A DNA stretch of 64,000 nucleotides from Nitrospirota bacterium. Its GTDB lineage: Bacteria; Nitrospirota; Nitrospiria; Nitrospirales; Nitrospiraceae. Of the stretch, positions 21,931 through 32,495 are shown in pieces. Within the stretch, counting starts at the first letter, position 1, and every line of letters begins with the position of its first letter. Below the pieces are notes generated by a model that searched no databases, had not been told where the DNA came from, and saw only the letters and a program-made list of their open reading frames with translations. The position numbers were made by a program, and so were the translations under genes. Where the stretch lies: positions 64,001 through 128,000 of the forward strand of contig CAVPGK010000013.1 in the NCBI GenBank assembly GCA_963703955.1, written 5' to 3'.

Positions 21931-22521
21931 TTAGCGCACCGCATTAGCTTGGACAAAGAGGGCTTGTTCGAGGGTGCGGAAGAAGTGCTGGTAGGGGCCG
22001 GGCTCTTCGATTGCCCGAAGATAGAATTGCGCGCTGGCACGGACGATAAGTTGGGACTCTCCGCGTGCGCGGACCGTCACAGTGAACCGCACGAGATCAC
22101 TGCGGTGCCAGAATGGCCCCCACGTTCGGTAGTTGCGTGTGAGGAAGAGCAGCGTATCCGGACGGTACAAGAGATAAGACGGATCTACGCCCTGCGGCTG
22201 TTCCAAATCCACGAATTTCTTGCCAGAGACGATCCCTAGATCTTCATCCAGCACTTCGACCTTAAAATCCAGGTCCTGCATGGTGGATACGATGACTTCG
22301 AGCATTCGCCTGCGGTCGGCGGTGTCAAAAATCCGCGTTTGGGCCGCCCGCACTTTGACCTGGCTTGCTTCCGACAACCAGATCTGCTCACGAGCGTTCC
22401 ATTGGTTCTCGTGCCGCCACTCGTAGGGGGAACAGCCTTGGAGCAGGAGCGCATAGATGAATGTGACCCCTATATAGAAGGAAGTTGCGACACGTCGCAG
22501 CGTGCGGGTCAGAGCGCTCAT
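21931..22521 (-). CDS. Hypothetical lipoprotein (paralog 3)
   Basis: Lipobox LLQGC; QTRIFDT...MQDLDF...YQHFFRTLEQALF. Confidence 0.75.
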   Translation of the reverse strand: MSALTRTLRRVATSFYIGVTFIYALLLQGCSPYEWRHENQWNAREQIWLSEASQVKVRAAQTRIFDTADRRRMLEVIVSTMQDLDFKVEVLDEDLGIVSGKKFVDLEQPQGVDPSYLLYRPDTLLFLTRNYRTWGPFWHRSDLVRFTVTVRARGESQLIVRASAQFYLRAIEEPGPYQHFFRTLEQALFVQANAVR

Positions 22522-22534
22522 GGTGGTGGATGAT

Positions 22535-22987
22535 TTACTCCTTTGTCAAGAACAGTGAGCGTTCGAGCGCCGCAAAGAAATTCTGATAGACTTTGGGATC
22601 TTCGATCGGCTTGTTGTTGTAAATGGCGTTTACGCGGACGGTCATCCGATCCCCCGTGTCCTGACGTACGGTGGCGGTAACACTGATGACATCGTAGTAG
22701 TTCGGCTCGGCAAATCGCGCAGCCGTCACGAGGCCGAGCGGTTCATTAGCCCGTTCGATGATGAACCCGAGGTCTTGCAGCGACGCGATGACTCCGCGCA
22801 TGGCAAAGTTTCGGTCTCTGACGTCGAACGTGCGCGTCTGTACGCTGCGAATCTTCAGTTGCGCTTCGTTCAACGCCAGGAGGTCCTCCTTGGGCTGAGG
22901 CATGGTACACCCGCACAGCAGGAGGCCTCCGACCATCATCAGCACGGCCCCCCACACCGATCTCTTGTCAATCATGAACCCTCGCAT
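22535..22987 (-). CDS. Hypothetical lipoprotein (paralog 2)
   Basis: Lipobox LLCGC; QTRTFDV...LQDLGF...YQNFFAALERSLF. Confidence 0.75.
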   Translation of the reverse strand: MRGFMIDKRSVWGAVLMMVGGLLLCGCTMPQPKEDLLALNEAQLKIRSVQTRTFDVRDRNFAMRGVIASLQDLGFIIERANEPLGLVTAARFAEPNYYDVISVTATVRQDTGDRMTVRVNAIYNNKPIEDPKVYQNFFAALERSLFLTKE

Positions 22988-22994
22988 TCGTTAA

Positions 22995-23609
22995 TCAAAT
23001 CTCATGTGCTTCCAAGAATACCGCTTTTGAGAGTTTGGCAAAAAACTGCTGGTAGATCTCGGGATCGCGAATCATTTCCATATATTGCTCTCCCGGCGGG
23101 AGGTACTGTTGATTGGTCTGGCCGTCTCCTTTCCACACGACGCGGTAGAAGATGATGCGGACCTCCTGCCGAGTGATCTCAGGGCTGAGGGGCCTCGTGA
23201 TCAAAGCCGCCGCGATTTTTTGGTGCAGATCGACAGGAGTGAGTAGCTTCCCGAGTGAAAGTATCAAGAGCAGGCCCCTCTTGATGTCCTGCCCGTACTC
23301 CCGCGCGCTACGTTCTTTCGTCGCCCGTAGAAACCCGACCTGGTGCACGCTCTCCTCAACCTGAAATCCCAGATCTTGAAGAACCGCAGCCGACGCCGAT
23401 AGCAACTCCTTTTCGTTGGCCGTTTCGAAGAAACGGTTCTCCATCGCCCGATGCCTTGGCGCTTCCGCCGTCAACTGAAACAAATCCGCCGGCTGCGTTT
23501 CAGGGATGCACCCGGCCAGCAGCGCCAGCCATACCACGCAGAGACCAATCAGTGTCCAACTGCACCGGAGAGGGGAGAGCTCTTCAGAACTGCGTATAGT
23601 TGTAGGCAA
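22995..23609 (-). CDS. Hypothetical lipoprotein (paralog 1)
   Basis: Lipobox LLAGC; ENRFFET...LQDLGF...YQQFFAKLSKAVF. Confidence 0.75.
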   Translation of the reverse strand: MPTTIRSSEELSPLRCSWTLIGLCVVWLALLAGCIPETQPADLFQLTAEAPRHRAMENRFFETANEKELLSASAAVLQDLGFQVEESVHQVGFLRATKERSAREYGQDIKRGLLLILSLGKLLTPVDLHQKIAAALITRPLSPEITRQEVRIIFYRVVWKGDGQTNQQYLPPGEQYMEMIRDPEIYQQFFAKLSKAVFLEAHEI

Positions 23610-23976
23610 AGTCTCGGATCTTCTTCTCTTCGTCGTACTTGATGATGATGGTGAGTGTGCGCTGTCGCTGCGAGCTGGAACTGTCGCGCGAGTTGGCGCC
23701 CAAGATGATCAAAGTGCCAAAGGCGGAGCTGCTGGTATCGACGCGGTCGGTTGAGACTTTGTCGTAAATCCAGACTTCACGGCGTTTCTCGTCTGTCGTC
23801 ACGATGTTCGGCGAGCCGAGGATTTCGGCGACTTGGGACGCCGGCATGCCGACCTTGATTTCACCCTGAACTTTCCCGACGGTTATTCGGTCCTCCTTAA
23901 TCTCGGCTTTTTCGCCCCCGCATCCTGCCGCAGCTATGGACAGACACAGCCACAGTGTAACCCACGTTCCTTTCAT
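23584..23976 (-). CDS. BamE/SmpA-like lipoprotein
   Basis: Lipobox AAAGC; IKVGMPASQVAEILGSPN...EVWIY...LTIIIKYD. Confidence 0.7.
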   Translation of the reverse strand: MKGTWVTLWLCLSIAAAGCGGEKAEIKEDRITVGKVQGEIKVGMPASQVAEILGSPNIVTTDEKRREVWIYDKVSTDRVDTSSSAFGTLIILGANSRDSSSSQRQRTLTIIIKYDEEKKIRDFAYNYTQF

Positions 23977-24179
23977 CGTTTGTCTCCCTTCTACAATTCC
24001 TCATGAGGGTTTCACGAAAATTATGGCCGAATATTACCTTTTTGTCGCCAAACAATCACAGTCAACACGAATTGCAGCTCCTGTCTATAGGCATGGGGTG
24101 AGGGATAGACTGGTCGTAATCCAGATGGACGATTTGGTCTTGGAGTCCCTCATACGCGCCGCTGGCGCAGGCTGCTCGA

Positions 24180-24292
24180 AACGCTGCTTTCTTCAGTAAC
24201 TCGTGAATGAGCGTTTGATATGCCTTCCCTTGCTCCCGCCGACTCGCTTGTCTCGCGCTGATGATCCGGATCGTTTCTTTCTCATGCTCCAA
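24180..24292 (-). pseudogene. Fused BrnT/BrnA remnant
   Basis: TIRIISARQASRREQ (BrnT C-terminus) runs straight into YQTLIHELLKKAA (BrnA C-terminus). Confidence 0.6.
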
Positions 24293-24311
24293 CCGTCATG
24301 AACAATGCTGG

Positions 24312-25531
24312 CTACCGACCGTCCTCAAGGGTCTGCGGGGGATGTACGCGTTGTTGCTGCTCTCGGGTGAGGAGTTGTCGCGCTTTGAGATATCCGAGCG
24401 CCTTCACCTGGGTGATCCGGCTCCGGACCTGTTCCATGGGTTGAACGGCGGTCGTGATCTTGTCCTCGGACACCGGCGTCTCCCCATTCTGATGGCGAAG
24501 AAGGTTCAGGAGCTGCAGTTCGGCCCCCTTCAGTTTCGCCTGCTCGATCAACACCGTTTTTCTCGTCTCGTTCTTCGCGGCCACGAGGCCGGCGACCTGT
24601 TCTGCCGTTAGCCCGAGCCGCCCGGTTTGATCGAGGAAATAATCGAAGGCAGGGGAGGCTGGGGACGCTCTCCATGCCCGCCGCTCGCATGGCCGGCCCG
24701 CTCCTTGTCCGCCGCATGGCGCTGGCGGTTCTGTTTCAGCTCGGCGAGCTTCTTTCGCTGCTCCTCCGTCAATTGCGCGTCGATCTGGTCCGAGACCGCA
24801 AAGAGCTTGTTGAAGAGCACACCTTCCGTTTCACCGGTCTTCTGCATCTTGGCGCGGATGACCTCGGGGTCCACGTCCGGCCGCATCACCAGCTCATCGG
24901 CCTCCACGCGGCTGAGATCGATTTCTGTGCCCAACCGAAGCACGTCGCGCCGCGCGCCTTCCAGCAGCGACTGCATGGCTTGCGCCTGCGCATCGGTCAG
25001 GCGCAGGTCGTCGCGGTAGCCGTTGTAGACCCGTCCAATGCCCTCCAAGGACATCAAGCCGATTTTCGTATTGAACCCTTGCGATAACCGAAACGCCATG
25101 GTCGGATGGGAAGACTCGCGAAGCTTGGCCTGCTGATCGGCAGTGAGCACCCCACGCAGTTGAGCAAGTGTGTCAATGAAGAGATTGAGCTCATCAGTCT
25201 CTATTCCTCCGGTCAGCGTATTGGCGATCCGGTATTCGTTGTCCTGCAGCAGGCCGTGGCGGCGCTTCTCCTCCAGTTCCTGGAACATCCCGACCAGCAC
25301 CGCCTCCTTCATCCACATCTCGGTCTTGATCCGCTGAACGAGCGCCGCCATGGCCTCCTTCTGCTGCGTCGTCAGTCCAAGACTCTGGCTGAGATGCACA
25401 TAGGAGCCGGCGATCTGCTCAATGGCATGGATCATCCGTGGGCCCGGCGTGAATTCCATGTCGGGCGACTGGGCGGCCACGTGGCTCGACATACAACCGA
25501 CCATCAAGATCGCCAACATCAGTTTCTTCAT
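24312..25531 (-). CDS. Periplasmic Spy/CpxP-like (LTXXQ) repeat protein, frameshift near 24640
   Basis: Signal peptide MKKLMLAILMVGC...; three units with LTTQQ/LTADQQ, LTDAQ/LTEEQ and LTAEQ/LTREQQ. Confidence 0.7.
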
Positions 25532-25641
25532 GGGTGAACTCCTTGATGACTTCGGATGCTGAACTTTTTGGGAATCTCCCTTTCGGAAACAGCGTAGGTC
25601 ATCGGAAGGGGTGAGTGCTAAGAGTGTATCGAAGTTTTGGT

Positions 25642-25914
25642 TCACTTTTCATATGGCTCATTCGTTCGCGGGGCGGTTGGCGCCTGCTCGTCCAGCGACT
25701 GCCGGTATCTCACGCAGCCTCTGATGAACTCGGGCCATTCCGGTACCACAGGGATCGGATCAGTCTTTTCCGGTAACAATCCCCACAGCGAAGGATGGTG
25801 CCAACACAATTCGTGTCGGCTGCTGTCACGATGCTCACGAATGCCCTGCCGTAGCTTCCTGACTTCGAGGATCAGTTCCTCTCGTGTCATCTGATTCAGG
25901 TCTTCATCCATCAT
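25642..25914 (-). CDS. Conserved hypothetical protein
   Basis: GGAGG RBS; HRDSSRHELCWHHPSLWGLLPE...FIRGCVRYRQSLD. Confidence 0.7.
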   Translation of the reverse strand: MMDEDLNQMTREELILEVRKLRQGIREHRDSSRHELCWHHPSLWGLLPEKTDPIPVVPEWPEFIRGCVRYRQSLDEQAPTAPRTNEPYEK

Positions 25915-25996
25915 GTTCCTCCGCGCTATCTTCGACGAAATCAGCAGGTGCCGCTCGGCCGAACCCATCGTCACCAATACGCGACGTGCTTCTCGG

Positions 25997-26755
25997 CTAG
26001 CCGGCGTTGTCGATGGTCCTCACCGCCAACGACAGACAGACCACCGTGAACGCCATGAACCCGGCAAATTCCAACAGGGCAGTGGCGGCCGAGCCGACGC
26101 CAAGGAGACTGAACCGTAGCACGTCCACCTGCCAGGTCATAGGGTTCAGCCAGGCCAGGGTCCGGAACCATGCCGGCAGTTGATCGATGGGATAGAACAT
26201 GCTGCTCAGGAACATAAGGATGATGTAGGCGGCACTGGTCAGTGTATTGAACGAATCCATCCGAGCCAGCCGGATGGCCAGGATGCTGAAAAGGAAAAAC
26301 CATCCAGCGGTGGTGCATATCACCACGAGGAGTGTCACGGGAAGCCACATCCACCGAACCGTGACGTTCATAATCCACGCGGCCAAGACGATGGCAAGCA
26401 ACGACCCAAGGGCACTGAGCAGGACGTTGAAACAGATCTTGCCCACCAGGAATTGGCGACGGGTGATGGGATAGGTGAGCAGTTCGTAAAAGATGCCGGA
26501 ATCCTTGTCCATGAAGATGCCCCACGACGTATTCATGGCGATCCCATAGGTCGTCATGGCCAGCACCCCCGCCAGAAAAAACTCGGCGTAACTCATGCGC
26601 AGGCCTTCTATGGAGAACTGGCCGATGGTACGCTCGAACCCGAGACCGAAGAGCATGAGATAGGCGATTGGAACAAAGAGGTCCCAGAACACGAACCCGA
26701 TATTGGTGATCCGCTGCCGGTAGTCCCGGTAGAAGACGGCCGCGACCCCGCTCAT
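25997..26755 (-). CDS. ABC-2 transporter permease
   Basis: Six TM segments; LSSMFYPIDQLPAW...LNPMTW. Confidence 0.9.
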   Translation of the reverse strand: MSGVAAVFYRDYRQRITNIGFVFWDLFVPIAYLMLFGLGFERTIGQFSIEGLRMSYAEFFLAGVLAMTTYGIAMNTSWGIFMDKDSGIFYELLTYPITRRQFLVGKICFNVLLSALGSLLAIVLAAWIMNVTVRWMWLPVTLLVVICTTAGWFFLFSILAIRLARMDSFNTLTSAAYIILMFLSSMFYPIDQLPAWFRTLAWLNPMTWQVDVLRFSLLGVGSAATALLEFAGFMAFTVVCLSLAVRTIDNAG

Positions 26756-27711
26756 GATCCCGCCTCTGGTTCCCAGCGAGGGTTTTTCTCACCCACCAGT
26801 TCCACGAAAATGTCCTCCAACCCCGCCCCGCGCACTTCAAAATGCCGAATCGGGACGACGCGTGACAGCTCGGCCAACCTGCCTAAGAGCAAGGCTTCTT
26901 CGCCCTTGAAGAGCAACTCCGCCCGTTCGCCTTCTACGCGGAGATCAACGGGACGGAGGGAGTCAAGCTGGTCCCGCACATCGTGGTCGCGCTCGAACGT
27001 GAGACTGACCCGAAACATCCGCGTGGACAGACGCCGCAGCTCCTGCAGGTTGCCGGCGGCGAGCGTTTTGCCGTGATGAATGATCATGATTCGATCGCAC
27101 AGTTCCTCTGCTTCGCTCAGTACCTGGGTCGTAAGCAGCACGGTGCGCCCGTTTCGGGCCTCCAGGCGGATGCGGTCCAGCACCCGCCTTCGCATCAGTG
27201 GATCCATGCCTGTTGTGCTTTCATCCAGGAAGATCACCGGTGAATCCACCATGAAGACTTTGGCCACCTGTACCCGTCTCTTGGTGCCTAGGCTCAGGTC
27301 CTGCACCGTCTCACGTGCCTTCTCTCGCAGGTCGAATTCGTCCAGGATCGCATCCATTCGCTTCCGGACTTCGGTTGCGTCCATGCCGTGGAGGTACGCG
27401 TAGATGCGCAGATTGTCTTCGACGGAAAGGAGAGTCTCGACCGCGGGCTGTTGCAAGACCACGGCGATCTGCCGTCGCACCTCCAAACCCTGGCCGACCA
27501 CATCGAACCCACAGATATGCGCATGGCCGGAAGTCGGTGCCGTGATGGTGGTGAGGATCTTGACGAGCGTGGTCTTCCCGGCTCCGTTCGGACCAAGCAG
27601 GCCGAAGATCTGCCCTCTTGAAACCTGAACGAAACTCCATCGACTGCCTGCACTGGTTCCGACGTGCGTCCGGAGTAGACTTTCCGCACATTTCGACTGT
27701 GATGGCATTCA
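26752..27711 (-). CDS. ABC transporter ATP-binding protein (frameshifts at the 5' end)
   Basis: Walker A GPNGAGKTT, signature LSLGTKRR, Walker B IFLDE. Confidence 0.9.
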
Positions 27712-27752
27712 TGCGATGCGGTGCAACCCTTGACTCATTTCCTTGCCGCTTC

Positions 27753-28820
27753 CTAATCCTCGCCTTCCACCCGCCTGACGACTTGCCGCTCGTGTTCGAG
27801 CAGCCACTGCTTACGCCAAACACCGCCGCCGTAGCCGCACAGATTACCGTCGGCGCGGATTACGCGATGACAGGGGATGACGAGGGCGAGACAGTTTCTT
27901 CCGTTTGCCCGCCCGACGGCGCGTGTCGCCGTCGGGCGGCCGAGTGCCTGCGCGACCTGCGCATACGACCGCGTTCCGCCGGGCGGAATCCTTCTGAGTA
28001 GTGCCCACACGTCGCGTTCGAACGCCGAGCCTCGCGTCACCAGCGGCACGCTGAAGTTCGTCATCGTCCCCTCGAAATAACCCTTCAGTTCTTCGCCAAT
28101 CTTCACGAGATGCGGATTGTTGCCGGGAACGACGGCGAATTTTGTACGCTTTGCGAGGCCGGCGATTTCGCGCTCCAAGCCGCGACGATCCACGAACTCA
28201 AGCAGGTGCAAACCTTCTTCATTCGCCAGAGCGAGCATCGCGCCGAGCGGCGTCTCAAACCAACGCGCATATAGGCAGTTGACTTGTTCGGCTCTGCTCG
28301 GGGGGACGCCGAACACTGTCTTGAACGCCTCCCAGAAACCGCTCGCCGACTCGAATCCGTTGTTCAGTTGGGCGTCAATCACCGCGCTGCCGTGGCGCAC
28401 TTCGCCGAGTGCCAAGCCAACGCGGCGCGCGCGCTGGTAAGCGTGGAACGTCATTCCTTAGTGGCGTTGAAACTGACGCCGCGCGGTCGAAGTATCAATC
28501 CCCTCCGCTTGCAGTTCCGTACCGGACACCCGCCTGGTGGGCGACCGTTCGACCGCATCGCGCAGACGTTCGACGAGTTCGGACGCTTTCTTGTCTTTGT
28601 CGAGCGGAGAACAGCGCAGGCAAGGGCGATAGCCGCCGTACAAAGCCTCTTGCGGGGAACTGAAATACTCGACGTTCTCAGGTTTGGGTTTCTTGGCCGG
28701 ACACGTCGGGCGGCAGAATATCCCCGTCGTTTTCACCCCCACGTAGAACACGCCCTCGAAGGTCGTGTCTCGATTCAACAGCGCACCGTGCATGATCTGG
28801 GTGGAAGGGAGTTTATTCAT
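27753..28820 (-). CDS. ada: Ada bifunctional regulator / O6-methylguanine-DNA methyltransferase (frameshift near 28457)
   Basis: Ada Zn finger GVKTTGIFCRPTC...YRPCLRC; AraC HTH; IPCHRV active site. Confidence 0.9.
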
Positions 28821-28997
28821 AGACGCATTGTAGAAGTCCTGCTTCCTCCGCGCATCCGCTTTTGAGGCAGCGAATTTTTGTAACGCTTGCTTCGGTCTGT
28901 GACCGCCCCACTTAGGTTTCCCAGGGCGCGCCGGCATCGGCCGCCACGGGAAAACCTGCGACGGTCGCAGAATGCTCCTGAGCGTTTGGCCTGGCCT

Positions 28998-29384
28998 CTA
29001 CTTCCCGCCTTGGACAGAAAGTTCCCAGCGATAGCCGTCGGGATCGTAGAACCATAAGCCCATGTGAGGTGAGCCGGGCGCCTCCGGACCGATTTCGTCG
29101 CCCGGATCTTCCACCTTGACCTTGTGCTTCTTCAGGTGCGCAAGCGCCTTTCGTAGCGTGGTCATGTTCGGCAGATGAAACGACATGTGCCCAATCGTTT
29201 TCGGTGACGGCTTCCCCCTCAACAAGACGATCGTCACGTTATCGTTGCCGACGGCGACACCTTCTTCAAATTCGAACTCTTTGCGCAACCCCAATACCCG
29301 CATGAACCATTCCGCGCTGCGCCGCGGATCCCGGACTGCGAGTCCGAAGTGGCCGACCGTACCGATGGTGAACGGTGTTTTCAT
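28998..29384 (-). CDS. VOC-family protein
   Basis: GHFGLAVRD...HMSF...DPDGYRWEL. Confidence 0.85.
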   Translation of the reverse strand: MKTPFTIGTVGHFGLAVRDPRRSAEWFMRVLGLRKEFEFEEGVAVGNDNVTIVLLRGKPSPKTIGHMSFHLPNMTTLRKALAHLKKHKVKVEDPGDEIGPEAPGSPHMGLWFYDPDGYRWELSVQGGK

Positions 29385-29389
29385 GGCTG

Positions 29390-29806
29390 CTACCTTCCGC
29401 GATCGAGTGACTTGATCGGCATCTTGATCATCTCACCTTCTTGCGAGAGCAGGAACACCAGCAGCTTGGCCGGTTCCGCTGTACTGGCGTTCTTCGACGC
29501 GACATGAGGCTTCTTGGGAGGCTCATACCAGCTCTGACCTTTTGTATAGGTCATAGGTGGCTCACCCTCTAATTGAGTGACCACAGTCCCCTCCAAGACG
29601 TAGGCGAACACCGAACCTGGATGGACATGCGGGGCGGATGCCGCTCCCGGCGCATAGTCCACCGTCAGAACCGTGGCCACTTTTCCGGCCATATCGGTCA
29701 GGCTCTGCTTCATGAGCACCGACACGGAATCTTCTGCCAGCACAGGCGTCTGACCCAGCACGAGAATCGCTCCAGCCAGTGTGATCGGTGTCCGTGACTG
29801 TCTCAC
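29390..29806 (-). CDS. Exported cupin-domain protein
   Basis: YAPGAASAPHVHPG...YVLEG...WYEPP..PH. Confidence 0.85.
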   Translation of the reverse strand: MRQSRTPITLAGAILVLGQTPVLAEDSVSVLMKQSLTDMAGKVATVLTVDYAPGAASAPHVHPGSVFAYVLEGTVVTQLEGEPPMTYTKGQSWYEPPKKPHVASKNASTAEPAKLLVFLLSQEGEMIKMPIKSLDRGR

Positions 29807-29875
29807 CAGCCTCCGGGCAGCGAATGCGATCGTGATCAGGGGACTATTCCTTTCTCGCTCAGATCGTCGTGTCCA

Positions 29876-30799
29876 TCATCGCTCGGCGATGCGCAGCACA
29901 TGCTTTCCGCGCAAAGCCTTCTGTTCATAGGCCTGCCGGAAATTCTCCATAGAGAAGACCGCTCCCACGATAGCTCGCAGGACACCCTCATGGATAAGAC
30001 GGCCGATGTCGATCAACTGAGCCCGGTTTGGTTCAACGATGAAAAAGGCCTCGCGCACCCGGGGATCGCTGAATCGTTCCGCATCAGCCGCAATGGTCAC
30101 CAGCCGACCGCCTTTGCTGAGAACGCCCCATGAGCGGGCTCTCGTCTCCCCTCCGACAGTATCAAGCACCACATCTACGTCCCGAATGACCGTCTCGAAG
30201 GCGGTCGTCCGATAGTCAATGACTTCGTCCGCACCGAGCGTCTTGACAAAGTCGGCATTCGTCGCTGAAGCCGTGGCGATCACATGAGCGCGCTTGTAGT
30301 GGGCCAACTGCACGGCGAAGCTGCCGACACCACCGGCTGCACCGTGGATCAAGACCCGCTGCCCTTTCGAAAGCTGTGCACGATCGGTGAGGGCCTGCCA
30401 GGCGGTCAGAGCCGAGATCGGGACGACTGCCGCATGAGCGTGGTCAATCGTCGTGGGCTTCGGCGCGATGTTGGCGGGAACGGTTAGACAGTAGTCCGCC
30501 TGAGCACCGTTGATGAACCAATCGCTCAATCCATAGACCGGATCCCCGACCTGGACCCCGGTGCAAGCCGCTCCGATCGCGTCGACCACGCCGGAGAACT
30601 CGTGGCCGAGAATAATGGGAAACGGCCTCGTGCCACCGTCAGGACTATGGAATGTGGGGTGCCACGCGAACTCGGTTGGCGTGATCGCGGTAGCAGAGAC
30701 CCGAACGAGCACCTGATGGTCCGTCGGACGGGGTTTCGGCGCCTCCTCGTAGCGAAGCGATTCCGGTCCACCAACCTGATGCAACTGTATCGCCTTCAT
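29876..30799 (-). CDS. NADP-dependent oxidoreductase (MDR/quinone reductase-like)
   Basis: ILGHEFSG; VLIHGAAGGVG; GADEVIDY. Confidence 0.9.
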   Translation of the reverse strand: MKAIQLHQVGGPESLRYEEAPKPRPTDHQVLVRVSATAITPTEFAWHPTFHSPDGGTRPFPIILGHEFSGVVDAIGAACTGVQVGDPVYGLSDWFINGAQADYCLTVPANIAPKPTTIDHAHAAVVPISALTAWQALTDRAQLSKGQRVLIHGAAGGVGSFAVQLAHYKRAHVIATASATNADFVKTLGADEVIDYRTTAFETVIRDVDVVLDTVGGETRARSWGVLSKGGRLVTIAADAERFSDPRVREAFFIVEPNRAQLIDIGRLIHEGVLRAIVGAVFSMENFRQAYEQKALRGKHVLRIAER

Positions 30800-30879
30800 A
30801 GCAAAAGCCTCTCTGCCGGCGATCAACATGACTAAAACGACATTGCATGGGAGGAACAACGATTCACGCTGACCAAGGA

Positions 30880-30910
30880 TAGGCTACTGCTGGAGATGTC
30901 GCGAGGTCAA
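30880..30910 (-). promoter_or_regulatory. Sigma70-type promoter, paralog of 21802..21831
   Basis: Minus strand TTGACC-N18-TAGCCT. Confidence 0.55.
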
Positions 30911-30949
30911 CGAGGGGAAATCCGGATCGTGAGCCGGTGAAGGCCACCA

Positions 30950-30998
30950 CCGCCGCGCGCGGACGAGGCAATTAGAAAGGTAGAATGTCCTTGTTTTT
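30950..30998 (+). repeat. Junction motif copy
   Basis: CCGCCGCGCGCGGACGAGGCAATTAGAAAGGTAGAATGTCCTTGTTTT. Confidence 0.8.
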
Positions 30999-31004
30999 GG
31001 TCCA

Positions 31005-31622
31005 TCACTCGTCGAGACTCGGGCGAAGGAGAAACGGTCCGTAGACCACAGCGAACAGCAGATAGGCGCCGCTCCACCCAGCCACAGCCAACCCGAGTAC
31101 GAGATTCGTCGGGAGGCCAGTCGTCGGCCCGATAACCCTCAGGAGCGCACCGAGAGTGACCAGCAGACTGATCAGCCCTCCCATCGGCGCATGGAGCCAG
31201 CTCTTTCCTGCTGCAATTTCTCGCCAGACGACCCCCGCCACCGCGACAAGAAAAGACGCGTCCACGATGGCAGACACGAGAGGCGTGAGCCGCGGGATGG
31301 CGATGAGCACGCGTCCGGCCATCCACAAGGTAAAAAGCAGCATCAGCTCATGTCCTCTGATCGGCGGACGATCGGTCCAGTTGGGAATCGCCGTGAGCAG
31401 GAAGCCAGTGATCACCGCGGGCAGAAATCCGAAGACCATCTCATGCACGTGCCAATCCCGCGCCGGGTAGAGAAATTCCAAGTCGCCGACTCCAGCAAGA
31501 GCGAGAACCCAGGCAGGGAGCGCCACGCCGGCAAACACCGCCGCACCGAGAAAGAACGGTCGAAATCCATACGAAAAGACCGCTGGTCCCTGGTAGCCAG
31601 TCTCGCTCGTGGCGTTGGTCAT
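31005..31622 (-). pseudogene. nnrS: nnrS duplicate with an in-frame 564-bp internal deletion
   Basis: Near-identical to 34159..35340 but lacks the equivalent of 34320..34883. Confidence 0.85.
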
Positions 31623-31950
31623 ACGATCGTCAGTCCTCAGTCATTGTGCGGAATGCCATCCTTGTCTCACCTCTGGCTTCCTGAGTCTTTCCGACTCTAT
31701 TCCATGTTCTCTGTACAGAGTCAATTCCTTGTCTTCAACCTGGCACAATCTCGTGATGCCTTCTCTCTCCGATCAGTATCAGCGCTTCTTGTCCGTATAG
31801 CTTGTCCCTCAGGGCCAGTTCGCCCGTCTGCGATCGGCACAAAGCAAGAGACGAGCACTAATGCTGCTGACGGCTGGCGCGCCCGAGGCCCCGGCAATGG
31901 AATCTGACACGCGCCTTGGATTCTGATACACAGTAGGGTATGCTGGCAAT

Positions 31951-32138
31951 GTGAAGGTCAGCCAGGTGCTGGAACGGTTACGGGAGGACAGCTGGTACCT
32001 GGTCGCCACGAAGGGAAGTCATCGACAGTTTAAACATCCGACGAAGCCTGGTCGAGTCACTGTTGCAGGCAAACCGAGCGACGATTTGCCTCCGGGGAGC
32101 TTGAATAGCATCTTCAAGCAGGCCGGTGGAAGAAGTAG
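31951..32138 (+). CDS. hicA: HicA toxin (1-nt deletion near its end relative to the second copy)
   Basis: TKGSHRQFKHPTKPGRVTV...GSLNSIFKQAG. Confidence 0.9.
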
Positions 32139-32148
32139 GGAATACGCC

Positions 32149-32361
32149 ATGCGCTACGCAATCGTCATCGAAAAAGCCGCATCAAATTATGCCGCCTATG
32201 TGCCGGACTTGCCTGGATGTGTGGCCACAGGCGCCACGATTCAGGAAACCGAAACCTTGATCCGCGAAGCGATCCAATTCCATCTGGAAGGTCTTCGAGC
32301 CGACAGCCTGCCCATCCCTCCACCCAGCAGCCAAGTGGAGTACATCGAGGTCTCCGCCTAG
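32149..32361 (+). CDS. hicB: HicB antitoxin (short form)
   Basis: YAAYVPDLPGCVATGAT...EAIQFHLEG. Confidence 0.9.
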   Translation: MRYAIVIEKAASNYAAYVPDLPGCVATGATIQETETLIREAIQFHLEGLRADSLPIPPPSSQVEYIEVSA

Positions 32362-32495
32362 ACTCATCTTTGCCTCATCTTATTCGCCCGAAAGACACAT
32401 GCGCATGCCATCAACCGCCGCGAGCGGACGAGCCGCATTGTGCGCTGTCCGCCGGCGTTCACTTTGACCTCGTCACTCTATACAATCACCACCTG

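Noticed and set aside
31951..32361. Apparent 136-aa HicA-HicB fusion protein
   Set aside because: The second copy has one more T (GCCGGTTGG) and separate genes, so the fusion comes from a 1-nt deletion.
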